From: an uncultured Actinomycetota bacterium
GTDB taxonomy: Bacteria; Actinomycetota; Acidimicrobiia; Spongiisociales; UBA4744
Direction: 5' to 3'
Length of the DNA stretch: 64,000 nt
Assembly: GCA_963823915.1 (NCBI GenBank)
Contig: CAWGNJ010000004.1
Span: forward strand, 84,436 to 148,435
How positions within the stretch are numbered: position 1 is the stretch's first letter; every line of letters starts with the position of its first letter. The position numbers were made by a program, and so were the translations under genes. This document shows positions 40,732 through 51,802 of this stretch, piece by piece. The notes below the pieces were generated by a model, which saw only the letters and a program-made list of their open reading frames with translations, ran no database searches and was not told the origin of the DNA.

Positions 40732-41760
40732 ATGACGGCAACGTCCTTTGAACAGAGCAGCGGCGCGGTGAGCGGTGGGCCGGTCCTCGAGGTCGATGGC
40801 CTCACCATGCACTACCAGACCAAAGAGGGAGGGGTTTCGGCGGTCCAGGATGTCTCCTTCACCCTCGCCCAGGGCGAGGCCCTGGGATTGGTCGGCGAGT
40901 CCGGGTGTGGCAAGACCTCGGTTGCCATGACGCTGATCCGCCTGCTGGCCGACAATGCGAGAATCAAGGAGGGCGGGTGCTACTCGCCGGCGTCGACATG
41001 GCGAAGCTTTCAGAAGAGGAGATGCGCAAGCACCGCTGGGCCGACATCTCCATGGTGTTCCAGGGCGCCATGAACGCCTGGAATCCGGTCTACCGAATCG
41101 GCGATCAGATCGTGAGGCGCTGGACCACCACTTCCCCGAGATGACCGAACCGGAAGGGCGGGAACGGATCGCTGAGTTGTTCGAACTGGTCGGTTTGACC
41201 CCCGGCATGATGGACCGGTACCCGCACGAGTTCTCCGGCGGAATGCGACAGCGGGCCACCATCGCCATGGCGCTGTCGTGCAACCCCCAGCTGATCATCG
41301 CCGACGAACCGACCACCGCCCTCGACGTGATCGTCCAGGACCAGATCCTCAAGGAGCTCAAGAAGATCCAGCCCGAGTTGGGGATGTCGATCATCTACAT
41401 CTCCCACGACATCGCCGTGATCGCCGAGGTCACCGATCACATCGGCGTCATGTACGCCGGCAAGATGGTGGAACGGGTCCGACCGAGGAGATCTTCCCCC
41501 GGCCCCGCCATCCCTACGCCTGGCTGCTGCTGTCGTCGACGCCCGCGTCAAGGGCCCGCGCCGCAAGCTGGCGCCACTGGTGGGCGAGCCGCCCAACCTG
41601 ATGGATCCGCCCAGCGGATGCCGTTTCCACCCCCGGTGCCCGTTTGCCACCGACATCTGCGCGAAAGAGGAGCCCCCCAACGAGGACTTCGGCGCCGGGC
41701 CATCAGGTGGCGTGCTGGCATTGGGAGGAAGTCCCCGAACTGGGAAGGCTCGAAGCATGA
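40732..41760 (+). pseudogene. ABC transporter ATP-binding protein (OppD/DppD-like), at least 4 frameshifts as sequenced
   Basis: Walker [10 protein letters not shown], signature FSGGMRQRATIAMAL, Walker B LIIADEPTTALD, then the C-terminal oligopeptide domain [10 protein letters not shown] / [14 protein letters not shown] / [10 protein letters not shown]. These pieces are spread over three frames. Confidence 0.75.
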
Positions 41761-42760
41761 CACAACCGCCTCGTCAAAGTCGAGGGCTCAAGAAGCTCTA
41801 CCCCGTGCAGCAGGGCCTGTTCCGCAAGGCCACCGACTTCATCCACGCCGTCGACGACGTCAGCTTCGAGATCGCCCCCGGGGAGAGCCTGGGTCTGGTC
41901 GGCGAGTCGGGGTGCGGCAAGACCACCACCGGCCGGATGCTGGTGAAGCTCGCTGAGGCGACCGATGGACGGATCCTGCTCCAGGACGACGGCAAGATGA
42001 TCGACGTCGCCAACATCGCCGGGAGTACATGAAGAAGTTCCGACGCCGGGTGCAGATGATCTTCCAGGACCCCTACGAGTCGATGAATCCCCGGCGCACC
42101 ATGTTCGACACGGTCTCGGAACCCCTCAAGTCCAGGGCATCGGGACGATCCCGGAGCGTGAGGAGCGGGTTGCCGAACTGCTGGAATTGGTCGGGCTCAT
42201 ACCCGCCGCGACCTTCATGTTCCGCTTCCCCCACGAGTTGTCGGGAGGGCAACGGCAGCGAGTGGCCATCGCCCGGGCCCTGGTGATCGACCCGGCTTTC
42301 GTCGTGGCCGACGAGCCGACCTCGATGCTGGACGTGAGCATTCGCATCTCGATCATGGAGCTGATGCTGAAGTCTGGCCGAGCGAGTTCGACGTCTCCTA
42401 TCTCTACATCACCCACGACCTCGCGGTCGCTCGCTACATGTGCGACCGCATCGCGGTGATGTACCTCGGCAAGATCGTCGAAATGGGTCCGAACCGAGGA
42501 GCTGCTCGCGAATCCCCATGCATCCCTACACCCGAGCGCTGCTGTCGGCGGTGCCGGTGCCGGACCCGACCTACGTGCGACCACAGGTCGAGATCAAGGG
42601 CGGCATCACCAAGGCGATCAACCCGCTGCCGGAGTGCCGCTTCATCGATCGGTGCCCGTGGGTGCAGGATATCTGCCGGACGAGCGATCACCCCTCCCTG
42701 GAAGACAAAGGGGGCGGACACATGGTCGCTTGTTATGTCGTGGAGAAGGAGTCGGCCTGA
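41757..42760 (+). pseudogene. ABC transporter ATP-binding protein (OppF/DppF-like), at least 4 frameshifts as sequenced
   Basis: The ATG overlaps the previous stop. [72 protein letters not shown]...[10 protein letters not shown] are found in alternating frames. Confidence 0.75.
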
Positions 42761-43317
42761 CCACCGACGCTGGTCTCTATACCATCCCCAATCTGATCTC
42801 CGCCCTCCGGCTGGCCGGTGTCGGAGTCTTCTGGTGGCTGCTGTTCGGAAAAGACGATCCGGTGGCGGCCGGCCTCCTCATCCTGGTAATCGGCTGGACG
42901 GATTGGCTGGACGGCGTACTGGCCCGCAAGCTGAACCAGGTCTCGGAGATTGGCAAGTTCCTCGACCCTTTGGCCGACCGGCTGGCCATCGCAGCTGCGT
43001 TGATCGGCGGAATGATCGCGGACGTTATTCCCATGTGGCTGGGCGTTGCTCTGATCGCCCGCGAAGCCGCCATAGCCCTGGGCGCCCTGGTGTTGGGGTT
43101 GCGCCTCAAAGAGAAGCTCGATGTTCGATACCTGGGAAAGGTCGCCACGTTCATTCTCTACGGGGCGATTCCGGCTTTCTATCTGGCTGCCGGGGGAGTG
43201 GCGGGTGACGTGTTCCTGTACCTGGGGTGGGTGTTCGGGGTCATCGGCCTCATTCTCTACTACTGGGTGGCCGTCCTCTATGCCGTCGACATCAGGGATC
43301 GGTTGCGTCACGGGTGA
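42730..43317 (+). CDS. CDP-alcohol phosphatidyltransferase family protein
   Basis: The [28 protein letters not shown] motif (D-G-x2-A-R...G-x3-D-x3-D) with multiple TM segments. Start is uncertain (TTG 42730). Confidence 0.75.
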   Translation: MLCRGEGVGLTTDAGLYTIPNLISALRLAGVGVFWWLLFGKDDPVAAGLLILVIGWTDWLDGVLARKLNQVSEIGKFLDPLADRLAIAAALIGGMIADVIPMWLGVALIAREAAIALGALVLGLRLKEKLDVRYLGKVATFILYGAIPAFYLAAGGVAGDVFLYLGWVFGVIGLILYYWVAVLYAVDIRDRLRHG

Positions 43318-43366
43318 GGTACGGCGGCGGTAATCTTGGTGGTCAACCAAGAGAGGAAGTGTTCGG

Positions 43367-43747
43367 ATGAACGTGCCCGACGATAGGCGATACACGGAAG
43401 AGCACGAATGGGTGTTGGTCGGCGAAAACGGGAAAGTGCGGATGGGCATCACAGACTTCGCCCAGGATGCGCTGGGGGATGTTGTGTACATCGAGCTTTC
43501 GGCCGCCGGCAAGACAGTCTCCAAAGGTGACCCCATTGCCGAGGTCGAGTCAACCAAATCAGTAGCCGATGTCTACGCACCGGTCGCCGGGACGGTTGTG
43601 GCTGCCAACGAAGCGCTATCGACCGAGCCGGAGCTGGTCAACAGCGACCCCTACGGCGGTGGTTGGTTCGTTGAGATTGAAGTGAGCGACGACACCGGCC
43701 TGGACGCCCTCTTGGACCCGGACACTTACCGCACGCTGATCTCTTAG
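43367..43747 (+). CDS. gcvH: Glycine cleavage system H protein
   Basis: YTEEHEWV...ITDFAQDALGDVVYIEL...EVESTKSVADVYAPVAG with the lipoyl-lysine motif. Confidence 0.9.
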   Translation: MNVPDDRRYTEEHEWVLVGENGKVRMGITDFAQDALGDVVYIELSAAGKTVSKGDPIAEVESTKSVADVYAPVAGTVVAANEALSTEPELVNSDPYGGGWFVEIEVSDDTGLDALLDPDTYRTLIS

Positions 43748-43775
43748 TACCGACCCAATCGAAAGGGGCACTACG

Positions 43776-44241
43776 ATGTCCCCGATGGAGTGCCCGAACT
43801 GCCAACTTGAGATCGAAAGCGACGTTGTCGTCTGCCCATCGTGTGGCGCTGCCTTGGAGCACGAAGCAACCGTGACGTTCGTACCTGTTTCGCCATCCGC
43901 CCACCCGGCCTTGTCGCCGGAAGAAGCCGGTCAAGTGGCGGGGGTGACCGGGTTTGCGCTGGTGGTGGAGCGCGGCCCCGCGCCGGCATGGCTTGGTTGA
44001 TAAAGGAAGGCGTTACCACCGCTGGAAGGCATCCTGACAGCGACATCTTCTTCGATGACATCACAGTCTCTCGTCATCATTGCCGGTTCCTCAGCGACGA
44101 TGTGTCGCTCCAAGTCGAAGATTCGGGTCGACCAACGGAACCTACGTCAACGGCGAGAGGGTGGACCGCAGCGAATTGAGCCCGGGTGATGAAGTCATCG
44201 TTGGCAAGTTCCATCTCATAGTGGCGCTCGGCAATGATTGA
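43776..44241 (+). pseudogene. FHA-domain protein with N-terminal zinc ribbon (in the GarA position), 2 frameshifts as sequenced
   Basis: CPNCQLEIESDVVVCPSCG, then the FHA core TTAGRHPDSDIFFDDITVSRHHCRF / STNGTYVNGERV...GDEVIVGKFHL. Shifts are near 43985 and 44125. Confidence 0.7.
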
Positions 44242-44920
44242 CGGGGTGTCGATCGGCGAGGTCATCAACCTCCTCAAGGAAGAGTTTCCCGACGTCGAGT
44301 GTGTCAAAAGTCAGGTTCCTGGAGAGCCAGGGATTGATCGACCCGCATCGCAGCCCCTCGGGGTACCGGCAGTTTTTCGAGGACGACATCAAGCGGTTGC
44401 GTTTCATACTGCAGCAACAGCGCGATCATTTCCTGCCCCTCAAGGTCATCAAGTCGAAGTTGACAATGTGGGAGCGAGGGGAAGAGAACGTGATGCCGGC
44501 TCCGTCGGGACCACCTCCCGAGAAGCTGTTTGCTCCATCGACGACGCCACTCGGATTGGATGAAGTCGCTCGTTCCAGCGGACTCACCCGCCGTCAGGTC
44601 GCGGAGTTGATCGACCACGGTATCTTGCGTCCGGAAGGTGAAGAAGGGGCGGAGACCTTCAGCCAGCAGGAGCTGGCCGTGGCTCGCGAGGCACAGCGAC
44701 TGCTGGCCTATGGTCTCGAGCCTCGTCACCTCCGCTCGGTACGCATATCGACCGAACGTGACGGTGCCCTTTCGATCAACTCACGGCGCCGTTGCTGCGC
44801 AACCGCAGCCCCGATGCCCGGCACCGGGCCGGAGAGATCTTGGCCGGATGTGCCGACGCCATCGGCAAGATGCGAGTTGCCATCCTCACCGAGGAGCTCC
44901 GCAGGCTGTTGGAGTCATAG
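44234..44920 (+). pseudogene. MerR-family regulator (Rv1828/FtsR-like), 2 frameshifts as sequenced
   Basis: MIDGVSIGEVINLLKEEFPDV / SVSKVRFLESQGLIDPHRSPSGYRQFFEDDIKRLRFILQQQRDHFLPLKVIK. The C-terminus ...RSPDARHRAGEILADCADAIGKMRVAILTEELRRLLES* is in another frame. Shifts are near 44300 and 44770. Confidence 0.7.
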
Positions 44921-46111
44921 GTGCTCCGCTTCAGGTTACGCCGATTGGCCGTGTTCTTCTGGCTGCTGCCGCTCGTTCTGAGCGCAGTCATGTCCGGTCG
45001 GGGCGGCTCTCGACGTATGGGCGGCAGCTGGACTGCCGCCGATGCCCGTCGAAGGGTTCTTCACCGGCTCACCACCCGAAGTCACCGCCCAGACCTGGAT
45101 TCTGTACGACGCCACTTACGAGCAGGTCTTGGCCGAACAGGACGCCGACCAACGCACGACTATGGCATCCACCACCAAGATGATGACGGCCTTGGTCGCG
45201 TTTCGAGAACGGCTCCCTGTTCGAGCGGGTGACGATCAGCGAGGAAGCCCCGGAGATAGGCGAAGCAGAGATCGATCTCGTGGCCGGCGAGGTGTGGACC
45301 GTCGAGCAGCTGCTCTACGCCATGGTGCCTCGAGTCCGCCAACGACGCTGCTCTGGCAGTGGCCGAGCACGTCGGCGGGACCGTTGAAGGGTTCGTCAAA
45401 CTCATGAACGAGAAGGCGATCCAGTTGGGGTTTGGAGAACACCGAGTTTCGCCGAATCCGCACGGCCTCGATTCGAGAGAACCATTTCAGCTCGGCTCGC
45501 GATCTCGTGACGTTGGCTCAGGCGATGATGGCCGTAGAGGAGCTGGCTGAGATTGCTGGAACCCGCGAAGCAGTGTGCCTTCGACCCCGGAGGGCGAGGA
45601 GCGGGTGGCCCGCACCGTCAATCGGTTTGCTGTACGACTATCGGGGTGCGAACGGGGTCAAGACCGGCTTCACCGACGATGCCGGCTGGACGCTGGTGGC
45701 GTCGGCCGAGCGTGACGGGCGAGTCTTTACGCGGTGGTGATGGGTTCGGCCAGCGTTGAAGACCGGTTTCGCCGATGCTGCTGCGCTGCTCGACTACGGA
45801 TTCAGTGAGTTTGGAGTGGTCGAAGTCATCGTTGCCGGGGTCGACTATGCGAGGCGACGGCTGCCGGGTGATCGCCGAGGAGGCCGTTGCCACCGAGACG
45901 TTTTCAATTTTCTCCAACCGGGAAGACGCCGGTCACGATTGTGTTGACGCCTGCCTTCACCGGCGACGAGGCGGTGGTAATGGCCACGCTGGAGGATGTC
46001 AGAACTGGGCCGGGTGCCTCTCGAGGTTTCGGCTGCTCCACGGCCTTCCGGAATCTGGCCGACGCCTTCTGCCTGGGCAAGCAACTACTGGGATTGGTTG
46101 TTTGGCAATGA
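44921..46111 (+). pseudogene. D-alanyl-D-alanine carboxypeptidase (S11 serine peptidase), many frameshifts as sequenced
   Basis: Signal-like N-terminus. SxxK (ASTTKMMTAL), SxN (ESANDAA) and KTG ([12 protein letters not shown]) motifs are each present but lie in different frames. Confidence 0.7.
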
Positions 46112-46139
46112 CTGATCCGCGGATCGGCCGGGTGGGGAG

Positions 46140-46724
46140 ATGACCGCCAACAACTCGCCATTCGTTGAAGTCATCACCGCGGAAGCACTGGCCTCCCGAA
46201 CCGAGAATTGGGCGTCGCAGCTGACCGAGGATTATCGGGACCGCCAACCCGTGTTCGTGGGCGTGCTGCCACGGTTCGCTCGCCGTTTCTCAGCGATTGG
46301 TCCGGGAAGTCAGACACGCCTTTGGATGTGGATTTCCTGGCCTTGAGCCGGTTTGGAGAAGGGCGGCAAGGTGCGGATCGCCATGGACACCGAGACCTCG
46401 CTCAGAAGGGCGCGACGTGGTGGTCGTCGAGGACATTGTCGACACCGGCTTGACCCTTTCATATCTACGCCGGCTGCTCGAGACGAGAGACGTTGCCAGC
46501 CTGGCGACGGTTACCCTCATTCGACAAGGCCCCGCGGCGGATCGTTGAGGTGCCGCTCGAGTACCGGGGGTTTGAAGTCGGCGACGAGTTCCTTCTCGGG
46601 TACGGACTGGATTGGGAGGGCAAGTACCGGAACCTGACGTTCGGTATGGGTGGTTCTCGATCTGGCGACGCTGCAGTCCGACCCCGGCGTCGCTCGGGGA
46701 GCAGGTGTTCCGAGCCCACGGTGA
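46140..46724 (+). pseudogene. hpt: Hypoxanthine phosphoribosyltransferase, many frameshifts as sequenced
   Basis: PVFVGVL..., the PRPP motif DVVVVEDIVDTGLTLSYL, and FEVGDEFLLGYGLDWEGKYRNL are scattered over three frames. End is approximate. Confidence 0.7.
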
Positions 46725-46736
46725 TAATCTGGGCGC

Positions 46737-47261
46737 ATGAGCGACCCAAACGGTCATGAAACCGAAGGGATCCTGATGGAGCTGATCGGGGTTCGGATCG
46801 AACTGCCGACCAACCAGCCCATCGTGCTGCTGCGGGAAGCCGAAGGCTCTCGATATCTGCCTATCTGGATCGGAGCGGTGGAAGCGACCGCCATCGCCTA
46901 TGCGCTCGGAAGGGGTTGTTCCGCAGCGTCCGCTGACGCACGACCTCCTCAAGACTGGTCTCCGAATCGTTGGGGGCCAGCGTCGCCCGGGTAGTGGTGA
47001 CCGAGTTGCGCGACAGCGTTTACTACGCGGATCTCGTACTGGCGACCGAGGCCGACGAGGTCACGGTGTCATCCCGTCCGTCCGATGCCATTGCCCTGGC
47101 CGCCCGGATGGGGGCGCCGTTGTTCGCCACGCTGCAGGTCCTCGAGGACGCCGGCATCGAGATCCGAGACGAAGACGAAGAAGCCGAAATAGAGAAGTTC
47201 CGGGAGTTCCTCGATGACATCAACTCCCGAAGACTTCGAGGTTGGCGAGTCGCCAAGCTGA
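46737..47261 (+). pseudogene. Bifunctional nuclease family protein (DUF151, Rv1829-like), frameshifted as sequenced
   Basis: ELIGVRIELPTNQPIVLLREAEGSRYLPIWIGAVEATAIAYAL / RPLTHDLLK / VVVTELRDSVYYADLVL...RPSDAIALAARMGAPLF lie in three frames. Confidence 0.7.
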
Positions 47262-48264
47262 TGAAGGGCATCACCAGGATACGGGTCGCAACCGCCATCC
47301 TGGGAAGCGTGCGTCCTCGCCGGGACCGCCGGGTTCATGATCATCGAGAAGGCATCCGCTGCTGGATTCCTTCTTCATGACGATGATCACCATTTCTACG
47401 GTCGGGTACTCGAAGTCTTCCCGCTCTCGGAGACGGGGGAATTGTTCACGGTGGCCTGATCGTGGTCGGCGTCGGTACGCTCTTCTACACTGCCGGTGCG
47501 GCCATCGAAGCCGCCTTCGAGAACCTCAGCGGTCGGCGGGGACTAACCAGGATGACACGGACGATCGAACAACTCAGCGATCACTACATCATCTGCGGGT
47601 TCGGCCGGGTGGGCAGCGCCACCTGGGAGCTGATGGTGGAGCGCGGGCGCAGAGGTCCTGGTCGTCGAAGGTGACCCGAGTGCTGCCCAGGTGGCCAGAG
47701 ACGCCGGGGCGCTCGTCTTGGAGAAGGACGCGACCCACAACGAGACTTTGGTGGAGGCCGGAATCGACCGGGCCAGGTCGCTCATTGCCTGCGTCACGGC
47801 CGATTCCGACAACCTCGTCATCGTGCTGTCCGCCAAGGCTCTGCGGCCGGACCTGCTGGTGATTGCCCGGGCCGCCGAGAGCGAATCGGAACGCAAGCTG
47901 TACCTCGCCGGAGCGGATCGGGTGGTGGCCCCCCAGCGGGTCGGGGCCCACCGGCTGGCCTCGATGGCCTTCCAGCCGGAGCTGGCCGACTTCGTCGATC
48001 TCGTCTTGCAGGGCAATCATGTCGAGTTCCGAGTGCAGCAGATGCAGATCCACGAGGACTGCACCCTGGCCGGCATGTCGTTGCGCGAGGCCGGGATCCG
48101 GCAGCGATCGGGGGCCATGATCCTGGCAGTCGAGGACGAATCGCGGCGCCTGTACCTCAATCCCGATCCCGATCTCGTCATCACCCCCGGTCAGGTGATG
48201 GTCGGAATCGGGCACCAACGATCAGATCGACAAGCTATCGGTGCTCATGACCGGGGTCGCCTGA
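47261..48264 (+). pseudogene. Two-TM potassium channel with RCK/TrkA-N and TrkA-C domains, frameshifted as sequenced
   Basis: Pore region FFMTMITISTVGY, the Rossmann motif HYIICGFGRVGSA, and ...DSDNLVIVLSAKALRPDLLVIARA...MSLREAGIRQRSGAMILAVE. There are several shifts between 47290 and 47690. The 3' end is either 48264 or 48299. Confidence 0.65.
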
Positions 48265-48295
48265 AACCGCTCTGCAAAGTTATCCACAGATACTG

Positions 48296-48325
48296 TTGAC
48301 AACTCCGCGTCGATTTCGGTAGGTT
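48296..48325 (+). promoter_or_regulatory. Sigma-70-type promoter candidate for the downstream MerR gene
   Basis: TTGACA (48296-48301), an 18-nt spacer, then TAGGTT (48320-48325). This lies ~55 nt upstream of GTG 48380, which has an AAGAGGAG SD. Confidence 0.45.
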
Positions 48326-48379
48326 GTGGCTCCGTAATTACGAACGTGTAAGCTACGACGGCTAAAAGAGGAGCGCGGC

Positions 48380-48859
48380 GTGACCGACAGTGGATATCGA
48401 GCCCCGCAGGTGTGCAACCTGGTCGGGATCACGTACCGGCAGCTCGACTATTGGGCCCGGACCGACCTGCTGCAGCCCTCCATCCAGAGCGCCCAGGGAT
48501 CGGGCTCACAACGGCGGTATTCGTTCACGGATGTGGTCCAACTCAAGGTCATCAAGCGACTGCTCGATGCCGGCATGAGCCTCAAGAAGATCCGGCAGGC
48601 GATGGAGATTCTGGTGGGCCAACTGCAGAGCGATCAGCCTCTCGTCGATGTCACGCTTCTTTCCGACGGACAGACCATCTATGCCGCCCATAGCGCCGAC
48701 GAGGTCGTCGATGTGTTCCGGCGTGGACAAGGTGTGTTCGGGATCGCCGTCGGTCCGGTGCAAGCCGAATTGGAAGGTCAGATCCACCAGCTGTTCCCCG
48801 AGCTGGACGAAACCGGTGCGGCGACCACGGTCGCGGCCGGAGAGGTTGGCGCGAACTGA
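48380..48859 (+). CDS. MerR-family transcriptional regulator (Rv1830-like)
   Basis: YRAPQVCNLVGITYRQLDYWARTDLLQPS...RRYSFTDVVQLKVIKRLLDAGMSLKKIRQAME is a MerR HTH and wing. Confidence 0.8.
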   Translation: MTDSGYRAPQVCNLVGITYRQLDYWARTDLLQPSIQSAQGSGSQRRYSFTDVVQLKVIKRLLDAGMSLKKIRQAMEILVGQLQSDQPLVDVTLLSDGQTIYAAHSADEVVDVFRRGQGVFGIAVGPVQAELEGQIHQLFPELDETGAATTVAAGEVGAN

Positions 48860-48874
48860 CCACCCGGGACGTAT

Positions 48875-49312
48875 TTGAGCCTGAGCCGGCAGACACCACC
48901 GAGTTTGCCCACAACAGCGAGCGGCAGTTCGCCCGCCTTCTCGATTTCTACGGGATTGAGTGGGACCTACGAACCTCGCTCCTTCCCCCTCGCCTGGGAC
49001 GAAGACGGCAAGGCCGCCCGGTTCTTCACCCCGGACTTCTATCTACCGGGTGACGATCTGTTCATCGAGATAACCACCATGAATCAGAAACTCGTCACCA
49101 AGAAGAACCGGAAAGTGCGCCGTTTGAAGGAGCTGTACCCGGACGTCAACTGCAAGGTGTTCTATCAGCGGGACTACCTGCATCTTCTGGTCAAGTATGG
49201 TTTGGAAGAACCGGATCACATGGATGAGGTTCCCGCCCCAACCAGGATCCCAGGGCCGCCGCAGGTAACCAGAATCGCCGATGACTCCGCGGACGGTCAA
49301 GCAACCGGTTAA
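48875..49312 (+). pseudogene. Conserved hypothetical protein, probable N-terminal frameshift
   Basis: The body ...YEPRSFPLAWDEDGKAARFFTPDFYLPGDDLFIEITTMNQKLVTKKNRKVRRLKELYP is coding-like. A plausible N-terminus (TRDVFEPEPADTTEFAHNSERQFARLLDFYGIEW) lies in another frame from about 48856, joining near 48960. Confidence 0.45.
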
Positions 49313-49411
49313 CGGTCGTTTGGTCCACTGGACCTGCCATTCTCCCCAGGGGCGTGCCCCTCAACCGCGTCTAGTCTGCGGTTGAGATGAGTGTTGAGAG
49401 GAGTGACCCTG

Positions 49412-50464
49412 ATGGCCCAATCCCCCCTCTATGACCAGCATGTTCGCTTCGGGGCCAGGTTCGTTGACTTTGCAGGCTGGGAGATGCCCGTTCAATACGA
49501 AAGCGTCCTGGCCGAACACGAGGCCGTTCGGACGTCGGCCGGGGTCTTCGACGTGTCCCATCTCGGCCGGTTCCGTCTGGCGGGACCGGGCAGTACCGAA
49601 CTGCTCCGTTCGTTGTTGTGCAACGATATCGCTGCCATTGAGCCCGGCCGGGCTCAATACACGATGGCCCTCAACGAATCCGGCGGTGTTGAGGACGACA
49701 TCATCGTCTGGAGATGGGAAGTCGATCGGTACTGGGTGATTCCCAACGGAGCGAACGATGATCGGATCCGGGCTTCGTTCTTGGCGGCCGCAGACAAAAC
49801 CGTCCGCATTGAAGATCTCCGAGAGGACACCGTGCTCATCGCGGTCCAAGGACCGGACGCTCCGGCCGCCATCGAGGCGGTGCTGGGCAAACGACCGGGA
49901 AGGTTTCGTTTGTTCGAGGCCGAATTCGCCGGTTACCCCGTGTGGGTGGCCGGCACGGGATATACGGGTGAGCGGGGCGGGGAGATTGCCGCCCCGGCGG
50001 CGGCCGCCGCCGGGCTGTTGGGCGCCTTCCTGGAAGCCGGGGTGGTTCCGGCCGGACTCGGGTCCCGCGACACGCTGCGGTTGGAAATGGGATACCCGCT
50101 GTGGGGTCAGGACTTGGATCCGGAGACTTCTCCGCTCGAAGCCGGCCTGGGTTGGGTGGTCGACTGGGATCATGATTTTGTCGGCAAAACGGCCCTGGAC
50201 AACCAGAGGGACCGAGGTCTTGACAAACTACTAGTCGGATTTGTTATGGAAGGCCGCCAGATTGCCCGGCACGGATACCCGCTGCGAGCGGGCGAATCCA
50301 CCGGTTTCGTTACCAGCGGTAATTTCAGCCCCACCCTCAAGCGGGGCATCGGCCTGGGCTACCTGCACCCACCACCGCCACCAGACCTTCAAGTAGAGGT
50401 CGAGGTGCGGGGCGCCTGGTTGCCAGTGGAGCGACACGACCCACCGTTCTTGGGAAGGACCTGA
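49412..50464 (+). CDS. gcvT: Glycine cleavage system aminomethyltransferase T
   Basis: MAQSPLYDQHVRFGARFVDFAGWEMPVQYES...VFDVSHLGR... with a GAGAGGAG SD upstream of ATG 49412. Confidence 0.9.
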   Translation: MAQSPLYDQHVRFGARFVDFAGWEMPVQYESVLAEHEAVRTSAGVFDVSHLGRFRLAGPGSTELLRSLLCNDIAAIEPGRAQYTMALNESGGVEDDIIVWRWEVDRYWVIPNGANDDRIRASFLAAADKTVRIEDLREDTVLIAVQGPDAPAAIEAVLGKRPGRFRLFEAEFAGYPVWVAGTGYTGERGGEIAAPAAAAAGLLGAFLEAGVVPAGLGSRDTLRLEMGYPLWGQDLDPETSPLEAGLGWVVDWDHDFVGKTALDNQRDRGLDKLLVGFVMEGRQIARHGYPLRAGESTGFVTSGNFSPTLKRGIGLGYLHPPPPPDLQVEVEVRGAWLPVERHDPPFLGRT

Positions 50465-50465
50465 C

Positions 50466-51802
50466 GTGGATTTCACCCCTCATACAGATGCTGACGTGGC
50501 AGAGATGCTCGAGGCAGTCGGCCTGCAGACACTAGGAGAGCTGTTTGCGCATTTCCCGGCCGGCGCCCTGCTCGACCATGAGCCGGGCCTGCCCGAACCG
50601 GTGTCCGAACTCGAGCTCATGCAGATCGTGAACTCGTTGGGCAAACTCAACAGCTCTGATCTCGTTTGTTTCGCCGGCGGGGGCTACTACGACCACTATC
50701 TGCCACCGGTGGTGACGGCACTGACGATGCGGCCCGAGTTCGTCACCTCCTACACGCCCTATCAACCGGAGGTCTCCCAAGGGGTGCTGCAGGCGCTGTT
50801 CGAGTTTCAGTCGATGGTGTGCGAGATCACCGGGATGGACGTCGCCAACGCCTCCCTCTACGACGGCGCCACGGCGGCGTGGAAGCGGTGAATCTGGCTG
50901 TCGCGGCCACAGGTCGCAACGCCGTCTGGGTGTCGAGGGGCGTTGCCCCCCGTACCCGCGAGGCGATCGCCACCTTCGCCGCGGCACGCGGCATCGAGAT
51001 TGTCGAACATCGAGTTGGTGGACGGAAGGACCGTCTGGGACGAGGCGGCCGAACCGGCCCCGGCGGCCGTCATCGTGGCCCAACCCAACTACCTGGGAGT
51101 CATCGAGGACTACGACCGGGCGGTGGCGGTGGCTCACTCGGTCGGCGCTCTAGCCGTCGCCTCCGTGGATCCGATGACGCTGGGTTTGATCCGGAATCCC
51201 GGGGCGGCCGGATTCGACATCACCTTGGCGGAAGGACAGCCGCTCGGCAACCCGCTGTCTTTCGGAGGTCCGGTAGTCGGGTTGTTTGCGACCACCGCGG
51301 CCCACGTGCGCCGCATGCCCGGGCGTCTGGTCGGCAAGACGGTCGATCGCGACAACAACACCGCATACGTGCTCACACTGCGGGCCCGCGAGCAGGACAT
51401 CCGTCGGGCCAAGGCATCGTCGAACATCTGCACCAACCAGTCGCTCAATGCTCTCGCCTCCGCCATTCACCTCGCCTGGCTCGGACCCCAAGGCCTGCGG
51501 GAGGCGGGAGACCAATCGGCCCAGAAAGCTCACTACCTGGCCGAACGAGCTCCGTGAGCTTCCCGGTGTCGATCTGGTGAACGGCTCTGCCTTTGTGCGT
51601 GAGTTCGCAATCATCTTGCCGGCCGAACCTCAGAAAGTTGTCGCCGGCATGGCCGATCGGGGATATCTGGCGGGGATTTCGCTGAGCGCAGACTATCCAG
51701 AGTTCCGGCATGCACTGCTGGTGGCCGTGACCGAGAAGCGAACGAGGGCCGAACTCGACGGCTACGTCGCCGCGACTGAAGGAGGTGCTGGCAGATGTCT
51801 GA
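50466..51802 (+). pseudogene. gcvPA: Glycine dehydrogenase (decarboxylating) subunit 1 (GcvPA), several frameshifts as sequenced
   Basis: FAGGGYYDHYLPPVV...TSYTPYQPEVSQGVLQALFEFQSMVCEITGMDVANASLYDG, then ...AQPNYLGVIED...EGQPLGNPLSFGGP...REQDIRRAKASSNICTNQSL... lie in alternating frames. Shifts are near 50880, 51000, 51545 and 51775. Confidence 0.8.
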
